Shown here: piece after piece, positions 1 through 10,839 of the stretch
How the letters are laid out: each line of letters begins with the position of its first letter
How positions within the stretch are numbered: the first letter of the stretch is position 1
NCBI GenBank assembly: GCA_049999805.1
Contig: JBNGIO010006356.1
Coordinates: 44,011 to 64,010, forward strand
Reading direction: 5' to 3'
DNA: 20,000 nt
Origin: Folioceros fuciformis
Taxonomy: Eukaryota
Program-made: the position numbers and the translations under genes
Notes under the pieces: generated by a model
What the model saw: only the letters and a program-made list of their open reading frames with translations
Databases searched by the model: none
What the model was told of the DNA's origin: nothing

Positions 1-644
1 TTGCTAGACAGCAAGGAGTATTTGGCCCCTCTGATCACCCCGTACGAGGCACAGCTTGCATTTTTAAGGTGGTGTGGCCACCTTCAGTGATCTTATCTCC
101 AGTTTTAACAGGCTTCATGCTTGTGGTTGAGTCCTGGATTCACTACTGACTTGCGTGGTCATGAGCTTGTAGGGGAAGTGAATGGAGCGGAGCATACAGG
201 CTGGATTTCCAGAGGCTTGTGCCCGAACAGTCTGCACCTACAGCAGATGAGGGCCCTCGCTTCTCACTAGTGCAAGGGCATTACGTTGGCGAAGAACCTA
301 GTACCTCATCGCCAGCAGCCGGTCGGTAATGTTTCCTGAATGGTTATGTTGGCCAAATCTGAAAAGCCATTGCATGACCAGTCTCGTGTCCTTTGTTTCC
401 TTTCGCAGACGGGGAAAAGAGGTCGTCCAGAGCATTGGTCCTGGCAAAGGCTGCAGAGCATGCCCTCCAGCTGAACTCGACCTCCAATCTCAAGCCGACG
501 ATTAAGTCCAGCGCTGAGTACCTGGCCGTTAGAAGCTACCAAGGTCTCGAGGTTCACAGAAAAGGAGAAGGCCCCGACCCCCCAGCTGGAGTATTGATGG
601 GCAGGAAAGGGCGGGCCGCTGGGTACTCCGAGGAAGCGTCCTGA
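1..644 (+). CDS. DPH2: Diphthamide biosynthesis protein 2 (DPH2), 3' part; gene starts upstream of the window
   Basis: Exons <1-68, 173-321 and 409-644 with GT-AG introns 69-172 and 322-408 splice in frame to LLDSKEYLAPLITPYEAQLAFLRGSEWSGAYRLDFQ...PRFSLVQGHY...SSAEYLAVRSYQGLE...GRKGRAAGYSEEAS*. This matches the recalled C-terminus of plant DPH2 (LLDSKEFLAPVITPFEA; RSYQGL; GRAxGY). Confidence 0.88.
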
Positions 645-2898
645 ATCAGAGGAAAGGAAAGGATAGCACTGGTTGCTTGCATCTCGAAGGCTCATTCGAG
701 AGAAGGCCTTGGGTTTAATAACGGCATCTTGATTTGCGTGTTTGCGTCGTCGAGGGGTCAACCGGAGAGAGGAGGGTGTGCCCAGAGCTTCAAAGGGGCA
801 CGCCAAAAAACATGTGGGTGCAGGTGAGGCTGGGGCCAGGGCATCCGGATGCAATCCTGCTACATCCCAGAAACAGTGGCTGTGCACCGAAATGCTGTCA
901 CCTTCTCGAGGTCCGAAGCCCAGCAGTTGAGCCGAAAGATGGAAACAGGCGGTGCTGGTACCGTAGGTGAGGCAAGTGGGGCCTGGGCTGGTTTGTCCTG
1001 TCGTCTCGTCGCGTCTGGATGTGGGATAGGACCGGCAGGATTGTGCCATCTTGCGGGGTCCCACAACCCCTAATTCTGGGGACGACGCTCTTTTGACTGG
1101 TCGCTGCAACTCTTCCTGTCTTCCGCTTTCACACGCCATCTCTCACACCGTCCGTGATGCTGCAGCTAATCCCTGCCCACAGCCGATTGCGAGCGCCCAA
1201 GCCAATGCCATTGGCGGTGTCTATGTTCTTACACGTATCACTCAACTCACTGTGCATGCGGACATGTACGCATGTATGTACATCAGTGTGTCCTTGCAAC
1301 GGCGTGCGCTCGTTTATGGCCTAGCGCTTTGTAGTGCATGAGGTGCATGATTGGGGCCCCAGAGCAAAGACGCGGTGACTTCCAATTTCATCAGGAGCAC
1401 GGAGAAGCAGTGCAGCGCACTGGCCGTCGTAATTCCCTCCTCCTGCTGCGTCTGTACTGCTCGTGTCCGGGGTCCCCGGCCAACGTGAACGGGGTTCACC
1501 CGGTCCCTGCTCCTGCTGCTGGAATGACATCCGATGGCTGGCCCGCGCCTTCTTTTTTTATTTCCCCTCCTCTCGCCTCCTTTAGCAGGTTGCTGTTGGA
1601 AGTTGCAACTCGGCGACGGCGTGGTTGGTTTGAAATTTGAAAGGCTGCATGCAGCGGCTATGCCGGGACCCGTTCCTGTTGCTGCCAAAGGCTTCGTAGG
1701 GCTAACTTGGACTGCCTCACTGCGGCCATCTCCTGTGTGGCCTACACCTTTCTTGCAAGCCATGGAGCTAGGAGCCATCCGGCCGCCATGCCCTACGAGC
1801 CGGGGCCGGTATTCGATTCTTTGCAAGGGGCAACAGGTGAGGTGCGAGTCGGGACTTTCAAATCTTGAACGCCACGCCTTCGCTCAGCAATGTTGTCACT
1901 CCAGGATCTCCGCTTCGCCCTTTCTCCTAGGATTCATCATGCCAGATGGCCCCTCGCTTTCCGTCCGCTGCTGAAGGATGCCACACGAAAGCTTCCTTGC
2001 TGAGGATGAAGTAGATATGTTTGTACATATATGCCAATCTACATCTATTGCACTACACCACATGTAGAAAAGTAGAAAGCTTGTGGACAGGTGCCAAGTC
2101 CAGCCTTTCGCCTACATGCGTAGGCTACTTGTTGTGATGATGCAATGCAGTGGGCAAGCAAGAGGTGCGGCCATCATCGGCAACATGCGTGTGCCGGTTC
2201 CAGCTCCCGCTCCGCGTTCACTTCTGTTGCTGCTCATGTCATGTCATGGATCACAGCTCGCGGCGGGAATCTACGTCACGACCGACACCTACCGTCGGGC
2301 TCGGTCATTAATGGCGGGGGCGGGCAGAATAGTCGGGCAAATCAGCCTAACCTGATTGGCGTTCTCATTCTTAATTTGTAAAGAACCGTTATAAAGATTT
2401 GAATCTACTGATTTGTATGGACTGGTTATTTCCGTTGGCTGTAAAAAACGCAAAAGGCGCAGCAGGCGGCCAGGCTCTCACCACAGTCCGGTCCAGTGCA
2501 GTGCCGCGGTGGCGTCTCGTCTCGGTTCCCCCGTCGTCGCCTCATCAGCCTCTCGCAGCCTTGCAGCAGGTCTGGCAGCATCTGCGGGCGAGTGCGCGAG
2601 CGGAGCCCAGCTCTCGCTCATCACCGGCATCCGCTACAGCCTCCGCTCCCGCCCCAAGGCACTCAAACCGCCCACACATCCTCCTCCAATCGGCCCGCGC
2701 TGCGCCGACGGCGGCCGGCGCCTGTTTACTGCACTCTCCGACGACTCCTACTAGGTACCGTCCCGTCACGCAATTCCATGCCTCCCTTCATCGCTGCCGC
2801 ATCGCTGCCTCAGCGGCACAGTAGCAGCTCAGATGCGCCATTACCTTCTCTTGTGGCCTCTACCTGTTTCCCGCCTGCCTGCTTGCCTCCTAGCTCTG

Positions 2899-3416
2899 GT
2901 ACGTGCATCACCTCCGGCTGCGTAGGAGCGAAAGCAGGAAAATATCTCGCATTTCGGCTCAAGAAATTTGTAGGCTGCGTGAATGCGTTCCTATGCTTCT
3001 GTGCTCTTGTTGAGCTCCGGACATGGAGTTTTTCTGCATGTGTAACTTGTAGCTTTTCGCCGCTGTAGCGTACTGTTGCAGTGAGGCTGCCAGTCCCTTG
3101 TAGTGAGTCTGCTCAAGGATTTCGCGCCCGCCTTTCCGCTCCTCGATCGCAATGTTCGGGGCCAATCGCATCCTGGTGTGATGTATGTGTGATCGTCCGG
3201 AAGTTCCACATTCTGCTACATTCCGCGGGATGTATAGGTCGCATTTGTCTGAATCTGTCGTGAGATTTGAATTGCTTCCGAGCTCTTCTCTCTCCTGAAG
3301 CCATTGCGAGGCTCTGAGCCTTTGATGCTGTGAGGTGGTAGTGAAGGGAGCCTGTCGCATGCGGTTGTCTGAATTCGAAAGTTTCGCGGTGTGATTTGGG
3401 CTGTCGGGATTTGCAG
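2899..3416 (+). other. Putative 5'-UTR intron of the ankyrin/PH gene
   Basis: Donor G|GTACGT at 2899 follows a C/T-rich leader-like stretch, the interior is T-rich, and there is an acceptor TTTGCAG ending at 3416. No transcript data, so the boundaries are inferred. Confidence 0.4.
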
Positions 3417-3690
3417 GAATGTTGAGGGATTTCCGCAAGTTGTACGTCGGGCGCGCGCGTGACCGGCTGCTGCGAGCAGGGCTTGGAGGATTTGATTCGT
3501 AGCTTTGAGCTGCACGACATTGGCCACTGTGGTTGTGTGCTATGAAGGACTCTAGTATGTGCGGGATTTTGGAGGCATTTTGAGTGACCGGACTACGCCC
3601 TGTCCGAAATGGAAGTGGACAGGAGAGTTGGAGACTGACAGAGCTGGAAGAGCGGGGTAATGCGAGAGACGTAACAACTAGGAAGACAGG

Positions 3691-6305
3691 ATGAAGCCAG
3701 GCGTACACCCAGACCCCGAGCTCGAGGAATACGTGGCCACGTCCCGGGGGCTTATTGAGGCCGTACTGGCATCGGACGAGGCCGCAGTCTCCGCATCTCT
3801 TGAGAACAAGTACTGTGACGTTAACTATAAGGGAACCTTCAGCTTCCGAGTCAAGTTTGCAGATTCTGTGCAACATGAAGAAGCGGCAGATGAAGTCACC
3901 ATTGGGTACGAGCAGTTCAAGCAGGATATAACACCGCTGTTTGCTGCTGCTCACGTTGGCCACATCGAGATTGTCAAGAAATTGGTGGTCAGTGTCTGCC
4001 GTTCTACTCTACCCAGAGTCAAACACCTTGGACAGCATGTCTTTCACAATCTTTGTACTTGTCATCTTGTTCCTGCCATCCTGTTTACTCCCTGCTAATT
4101 GCACACTAACACGCAGAGTGATGCCTCCCTTTCTTGCCCCTTGTTTATCGTCAGGCGGCAGGAGCGGATGTGAACGAGAAACACTTTCGTGGTTACTCCA
4201 CAAGTGCCGCTGTCAGGGAGGATCATTTTGAAATACTGAAGATCCTTCTCAGAGCAGGGGCTCAACAGCCTGCCTTAGAAGCTGCTCTTCTAGAAGCTTG
4301 TCTGTTTGGACGAGCAAAGGCAGCCGAGCTTCTGATAAGCTCAGAAATGATTCGCCCCGAGATTTTAGCCCAGGGATTTGTACATGCAAGCAGCCGTGGT
4401 TTTGTTGACACAGTTGCGACTTTGATTTCGGTACAAATCTCTACTCCTTCCCTCTTATTTTGCTGTATATCATGAAGGCCATCACTAACGTGTGATGTGT
4501 CTTGCCTGTCTGTAGAGTGGAGTGGATGTGAATTTAATCCATAGATATCTTCTTCGGTCAGCAAAACCTTCTCTGCATGCCAACCTGAACTGCACACCTC
4601 TTGTTGCTGCAATAGTCGCACGACAAGCCTCTGTGGTGAAGTATCTCTTAGAGGTAAGCTATAAATCCACCCTGAAGAACCATTCAGCACTTTTCAACTC
4701 TACGGTGCGGGCCGCTCATTGCTCGGGTGCTGGTTCCTATTTCCTGTGCAGGCAGGAGCGAAAACTGATTGCCTTGTTACCCTTGGCGCATGGTCGTGGG
4801 ATGCTGGCTTCGGGGAGGAATTGCGTGTTGGAGCCGGGCTATCAGAACCTTACAATGAGGCGTTCTGTGCAGTGGAATATTGGGAGACGAACGGTGACAT
4901 CTTGCGAATGCTCCTTCAGCATCTGTCACCCGACTGTGCATCGAATGGTAGAACGTTGCTCTGCCATGCCATTCTCTGCCGGAACGCCCCTGCTATCAAG
5001 GTCCTCCTGGTAGCTGAAGCTGATGCAGATCGCCGTCTACACACAAAGGACGGTCACGAGTTTCGCCCGCTTCATTTAATAGCAAAAGCTGGATTTACAG
5101 AGGGCCTAAAGCTGTTTCTAGCTCATGGGTGCAACATGAATGTGATAATGGACAATGGGGATACACCCCTTATGGTAAGTGCCAGGTGCAAGCACAGGGA
5201 TTGTCTGAAAGAACTTTTGTACGCCGGTGCTGATTTCGGGCTGCTCAATAGAGATGGTCACAGTGTGATGAGCATTGCTGAAGCAAATGGAAGTGGATCC
5301 CTGTTGAAGGTCCTTGTGTGGGATGCTTTAAGGGCTGGTCAACCTATTTATTCCAGCGATCCGCAGGTGTTCTCGTCTTTGCACATGGTTGCCCGTAAAG
5401 GTGATGCTGCATTGCTTCAGAAGGTGCTGCAACAACCTAATATTAACCTCGACTCTAGAGATAAGTATGGCTATACGGCAGCTATGATAGCTGCACAGGA
5501 AGGGCAGATTGAGCTGTTTAAATTGCTCGTATTTGCTGGGGCAAATATCGGTCTGAAAACTAGGAAGGGGGAGACTGCTATTGCACTGGCCCAAGGGAAA
5601 GGGATTGTAGAGGGCTTGGAATGGATTCTTTTAGATGCTATCATGGCCAACATTTTGAAAGGTGAGGATTTTAAGCCTCTCCACTTTGCTGCCCGTCGGG
5701 GGCATCTAGAAGCCTTGTCTCAACTGTTGCAAAGAGTAACCAGCATTAATTCCTGGGATGATGAAGAGTACACCCCCTTGATGTACTCAGCCAGGGAAGG
5801 GCATGTGGAGGCTTGTAAGCTTTTGCTTCTTGCTGGGGCAGATTACAGTGTGACGAACTCCAGAGGGGAAACTGCGTTATTGCTCGCAAGAAAGAATAGC
5901 TCATCCAAAGCGGCGGAGGAAGTCATTCTTGACCACCTGGCTAGAAGGTTTGTCATCATGGGGAGCCAGGTGTATAAGTATGTTAGGCAAGGCAAAGGGA
6001 AACCTCACGTCAAGTCTCTCCGTATCACGAAGTCTGGTGTGCTGACTTGGGGTGATTCCAAGAGACGCAATGTGGTTTGCAAAGAAGCAGTCCTCGGTTC
6101 AAGCTCTACTTTCCAACGGAATCGTAGGCACAAGGGAGACCCACACAAACCTGAGCTTTTTATGGTCATCACAGTCTCAGGTAGGGAGATACATTTTGAA
6201 GCACCCTCTGCTTCCAACGCCGAGCTGTGGGTTAGGGGTATCAACCTGGTCGTTAAAGAGGCAGCATCCTCAATCACTGCTGTATCTGCGAAGTACCCGC
6301 ACTGA
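3691..6305 (+). CDS. Plant ankyrin-repeat protein with C-terminal PH-like domain (At5g14230-like), 754 aa
   Basis: Exons 3691-3987, 4155-4430, 4516-4653 and 4752-6305 (all phase 0, GT-AG; 2265 nt). In-frame TAG at 3679 lies upstream of the ATG. Many ankyrin motifs (TPLFAAAHVGH, GRTLLCHA, GDTPLMVSA, YTAAMIAAQEG, PLHFAARRGH, TPLMYSAREGH), the family motif LGAWSWDxxxGEExRVGAG, and a C-terminal PH-like segment (YKYVRQGKGKPH...LTWG...EIHFEA...AELWVRGI). Confidence 0.92.
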
Positions 6306-7390
6306 AGGACGTGATAAGGAGCGGAGTTCTCTTTTCATACACTGCTGCAGGATGCGTTGGTGACTCGTTTTTCCCACTGGATCTCCTTGTGGTGGTTTTT
6401 TGCCATCTTCACAGGACATGGTGAGCCTACTCCCTCTACTCCTGTCATCTTCTTAAGCAATGGGATACGAACCTGAGCAAAGTTCTTATCCTTTTTTTTA
6501 AGAGCTTATGACGGTGGACTTCAATAGCAGTACTGTACCGCTTCCCCTGCTTTCGTCAAAGCCGAAGCTGCGTACGAGCCAGCCAACCTTTGTGGTGGCA
6601 TGTCAGGTAGTTGTATGTATCTGAAGTAAGGATCGCACGTCATGAAAGTTTTTAGTCTTATATATATATTGTGGTCTGTTTCTATCATCGTCAAGCGCAG
6701 GAGAGTTGTGAATATAGCTGATGCTCCTGAGTGCATTGCTCGATGTCCACAACAGAAGCTTGTCTCAAGTCCGTCTGTCAGCGTTTGTATCAACTATCAC
6801 AGTGCGCTCCTGTCTCATAATTGCACCATGGCTTGCATAGTTAACAACATAATAGAACCCTGACCTATTGCATGACTACATCGACAACGTACCCTGGGTG
6901 TGCTATATCACGTGCAACGTCGGCCGTTCAGAGGACAAATTAACTGTAACTGACGCAAATTGATAATATGGCTCTAATTCGAGCGGCGATATGGCACCTA
7001 CAACATCTTCCAAGCTGCAACGCCGCAAGCTAAGCAAAGCAGAGGCAGAATTGGCACTAGCATTCCACAGAATTATCACTACCTGCAAATCTATCCTGCC
7101 AAGGCAACTCCAAATGTAAGTAATGTAGAGGGCGTCACGGAATGTAACTCAGGAATATGAACAAGTCGCTACAAGAGTAATTACAAACTAGGTTGTCGAA
7201 AATTGTAGGCACCTCCAAAATTCTTCCGACCTCGACCTACACTCTCAAAATGGGGCCATTCTCTTCCGACTTGGATAATTACAGGTGAATCTAGAGGATC
7301 TAAGAATCGAAGACCCCAGCTGTCGAAAACACGTAATGTACAAAACAACTGCAAGCAGCGGGATGCTTTCAACGCGATAAGGGGAAAAAC

Positions 7391-9165
7391 TTATCTGTTC
7401 GCCGCATTGGAGGGAGATTTGAACGGGGGACTCATGGACTCGGCCATCTTGCTTGCCATCACACCAGAATTACCCATGTCGGCTTTGCCCTTGAGCTTCG
7501 ATACCGGCATAGAAGGTTCCGAGCTTCCAGTAGAGGCCGCTTCATTTGTTTCGTGCTCGGAACTCACATCCAGCTCGATAAACAGATGATCAAGCTCCTG
7601 AGATCTGTTAGTGACCAGCAGTTCTTCACTCAGAAACTGGATGATACCATCCATGGATGGCCGTCTCCTCGGGTGGTCCTCCATGCACAAGATTGCCAGC
7701 TCCAGGATTTTCTTTACTTCCCACAGAGGAGGGTGTGACTGAGAAGGAAGGTGGGTCATCTGAGGATCTACTAGGGACTGGACATTGGCGGCCAGTGATG
7801 CCCTCACCTGAGTATCAAGCAATACACAGACAAGGGTCGGCATAGCGTTAAGCAACACTTGATCCTACAAAGGAGCAGCATCTCAGAGAGCTTTCTTTCC
7901 AGACTGGGAATCCTTACCCATTCTTTCTGTTTCAAGTTTCCAGAATTTGCAGCAGTTAGCAGCCTCCAAGGCCGTCTTCCGGTGATCATCTCTAACAGCA
8001 GAAAGCCATAGCTGTAGCAGTCGCTCTTCACACAAGGTATTTCCACCTTTAAAGCCAGTTCTGGCCGCAGAGACGGAAACATACGATCGATGAGCACAGC
8101 TAGCAACATAGTCGAATCGGCTTTAGGGACTTAGGGTTCTCAGGCGAGGGACATCTTACCAGGGGCCATGTAACCCATAGCCCACTCAATGTCTGGAATC
8201 TGAGTGGGCTTTTTACGAATGACTGGGCGGCCGATGTGAAAATCAATCAGCTTCGGTGTCAAATCGTCGGTTAGCATAATATTGCTAGACTTCAGAGCTC
8301 CGTGGATTATGCAAGGCTTGAGATTATGCAGGTAGTTGAGCCCCTCAGCCACTCCAAGCATTATTGCCTTCCTTTTGTCCCAGTCGAGAAATACAGGCCC
8401 TGTGCTGTCGCCTGTGTTTGAACACACGCACGAGTTAGGAGACTGTCCTTGTCATGCGACGGTCGCAAAACCCATAGGGAAGCCAACAATTTGGAACAGT
8501 GGAGGGAAACGAACCATGGAGCATCGCATCCAGGCTGCCCTGGCGGAAATACTCGAATACGAAGACCTTTTCCAGGAACGTGCTGCTATATCCCAATAGC
8601 TTGGCCACATTCTTGTGAGACGTTCGTGCGATGCAGACCACGTCAGATTCAAACTCGTGCTTAGGCTGTCCACAACCGTAGTCACCGTTAGCAAAAACTG
8701 AGACCAAACCTTCAACCATCGTGTGCAGGGGTGACGGGATGAATACCCTGCTGCGAGCACTTTTCAGGCGTTTCACTGCTATCGTTGAGCCCTCCAGTGT
8801 ATTCCCCTTGTAGACAGTCGCGTAGGTGTTCTCCCCAACCACGAAATCCGCACCGAATCCACGGGTAGCAAGCTTCACATCATGCCAATGATAGCGCTTA
8901 CCAAGAAGTATCGTGGATGCATAGTCAGCCTCATCTGCGAGCACAAAACCAATGGTTACGGAAAAGAACCAACCCACAGCTGCCCTCCCCCTACCAGCAA
9001 CTCACAACCATGAAACATGATTCCGAATGTGAACTCACCGCGGGGAGGCGAATTCTCAACACGATGTTTTTCAGTAAAAGACATAATCAGAAGACAGGCA
9101 AGATGCCTGGAAATCCAATCGCCACGAGGGCTACCCTGGTTGCGGCAATGCTGTGGGTCTGGCAT
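7391..9165 (-). CDS. Pelle/RLK-family receptor-like cytoplasmic kinase, predicted pseudokinase (425 aa from ATG 9165, or 398 aa from ATG 9084)
   Basis: Exons (minus strand) 9165-9039, 8934-8747, 8665-8515, 8411-8160, 8060-7918 and 7807-7391 join in frame via GT-AG introns (1278 nt). Motifs: YHWHDVKLATRGF, VYKG...IAVKRL, HKNVAKLLGY, LDWDKRKAIMLGVAEGLNYLH, GYMAP|E, KSDCYSYGFLLLEMITGRRP, LAILCMEDHPRRRPSM. No signal peptide or transmembrane segment was seen. The start codon is uncertain. Confidence 0.88.
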
Positions 9166-10809
9166 TCGCACTCCGACAACAATTCGAATGCTGGAAATCA
9201 CCAGCTGCAGCCTGCAGCAGGACAACGCCACGCACACACATGGCAGCTCAGCATTTCACTGGGATCCGTAAGTCCACTCATCTGCTGTCCACTTCCGGAC
9301 TTACTCACTTTGAGAAGAGGAGAGCTGACAGGAAGTTCGCAAGATCCGGCCGGGATGCGCACACCCGTGCCCAACAATCGCAGGCCAGTCGTCCACCGGA
9401 ATCAAGTAGCAGTTCAGAACTCTAGCGATCGTTGCTGGCCCAACCTCGTCCTCCGTTCCGCTTAGGGCAGCTGGCCTGGACATTGGCTTGCCTTGAGCTC
9501 AGTCTCACGCCTCCATGGACGACCACGCTCCCCATGGCGGCTTCTCCAGCCCCGAAATTAGGAGAGGGCGCTTAGTAGACGCCTGATCTCCGACACCATC
9601 GATTCCCGCAAAACCGCACGAAGCCCGAGAGCAATCTAATCCAGAGGGGCGGTCCAGGGGCAGCGCACAACCCACGAAGCTGGCTTGGCTCACAAGCAAT
9701 TCGCACCCACACAGGTGCCGAGAGGAGCTGCAGGGTGGAAGCGGGAGGACCGGATGTGAAAAAAGAGACGAGCGGACGCATTGGGGGCACGTAGGAACGG
9801 ACCCACCTCGGGGGAGGTCGAGATCTACTCGCTTGGAACTGACCCGGCGCCGCAAACACTGTCGAAGGTTCCGTTGACATGCCGGACATGCACATACACA
9901 TCCTTACATCAATATGCACATATGTGTGTGTAGTTGCAAGAAGGAGCACCTTGTAACGTCCTTTTGTTGGGCTACATGGCTCCATGGAATCGATTCAGGT
10001 GTGGATATCCTGTGCAGATCCTGATGCTGTGGGTGTGGCCGTGCAACTATGCCAACCTCTTGGAAGCCTACTGTGTGTAGTTGCGCAAACGATTCTCCTA
10101 TTCATGCCCATGACCCTGGGGCCCGGAGCCGGTGGCCCGGGGACTGGGGCCTGGAGGCCTGGGCCGGAGTACAGTCATCAGGTACGCCATGCCTCCCTCC
10201 TTGCTTTAGGGGGCAATTCGGGAACCGAGGGCCTCGCCTCCAGTGGCGCTTTCGTATTTGGAGACAAACCAGCAGGCACAAATCTGGCGCAGTGGCGCAT
10301 ACATTTGTACCTGTTTACCTCCGATCTTTCCGCTGGCAACAGCTGCCAACGAAATCTGTCGCATGTCCGTCTCCTATTGCGACGCACCAGGGCTCGGGTC
10401 AGGGCCAGCGAGGGCCGGGGCAGGGCCCATCCAGTTGCGCACACGGGACTTGTCTCCCCTCTTGCTCAAGAACGACGGAAGACTCTTAGATGCCAACAAC
10501 ATTTCCTTACCCCCACAACGGCCACGAGTAATTAATAAATCCATTTTATTTCTCATGAATCTGTATTAACGTCAAACAACAAAACAGAGCCCTCTCCCGC
10601 TTTCGAATCCCCTAAATCTGTACTGTAAGTCTACAGATATCTACACACATATGCGGACAGGGTAGCATTGAGAGCAGAATTCCTAGAGCTGTGCAGTGAT
10701 ATTTGGCCGGAGACGACGCACACTGGTGCTGTGGAGGTTGTGAGGGCGCGTACTGTGAATTGTGCCTGCCCAGCTTGATTTCCGCGAAGTCGCCCTGCAA
10801 GCCAGCGGA

Positions 10810-10820
10810 TTGGCGGGAAA
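10810..10820 (-). promoter_or_regulatory. E2F-type site (TTTCCCGCCAA) about 20 nt upstream of the mTERF ATG
   Basis: The + strand reads TTGGCGGGAAA, whose reverse complement contains the canonical E2F octamer TTTCCCGC. It is a single site, so a chance match is possible. Confidence 0.3.
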
Positions 10821-10839
10821 TCTGGAATGCCAGATTTTA

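Noticed and set aside
1981..2086. Possible miRNA-like hairpin (CCAC/AAGCTT...AAGCTT/GTGG; GTAGAT...ATCTAC)
   Set aside because: Pairing is short and heavily interrupted on manual inspection, with no ~21-nt duplex.
2399..3068. Overlapping Ser/Pro/Arg-rich ORFs in all three + frames
   Set aside because: Explained by stop-poor, GC-rich promoter/5'-UTR sequence of the ankyrin gene; no domain signal.
2959..3963. 334-aa minus-strand ORF over ankyrin exon 1 and leader
   Set aside because: Antisense shadow of a well-supported gene, with no recognisable motifs.
6306..7390. Short ORFs between the convergent ankyrin and kinase genes
   Set aside because: Small, motif-less and on mixed strands; best explained as 3' UTR or intergenic sequence.
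8122..8137. TTTAGGG/TTAGGG telomere-like words in a kinase intron
   Set aside because: Only two interrupted units, too short to call an interstitial telomeric repeat.
9984..10569. Several 100-180 aa ORFs between the kinase and mTERF
   Set aside because: GC-rich divergent promoter region; the ORFs overlap in multiple frames and show no coherent exon structure or domain.
10762..10839. ORF-track N-terminal extension of mTERF from a GTG start
   Set aside because: Eukaryotic gene; the first in-frame ATG is at 10840 and is followed by a transit-peptide-like sequence.
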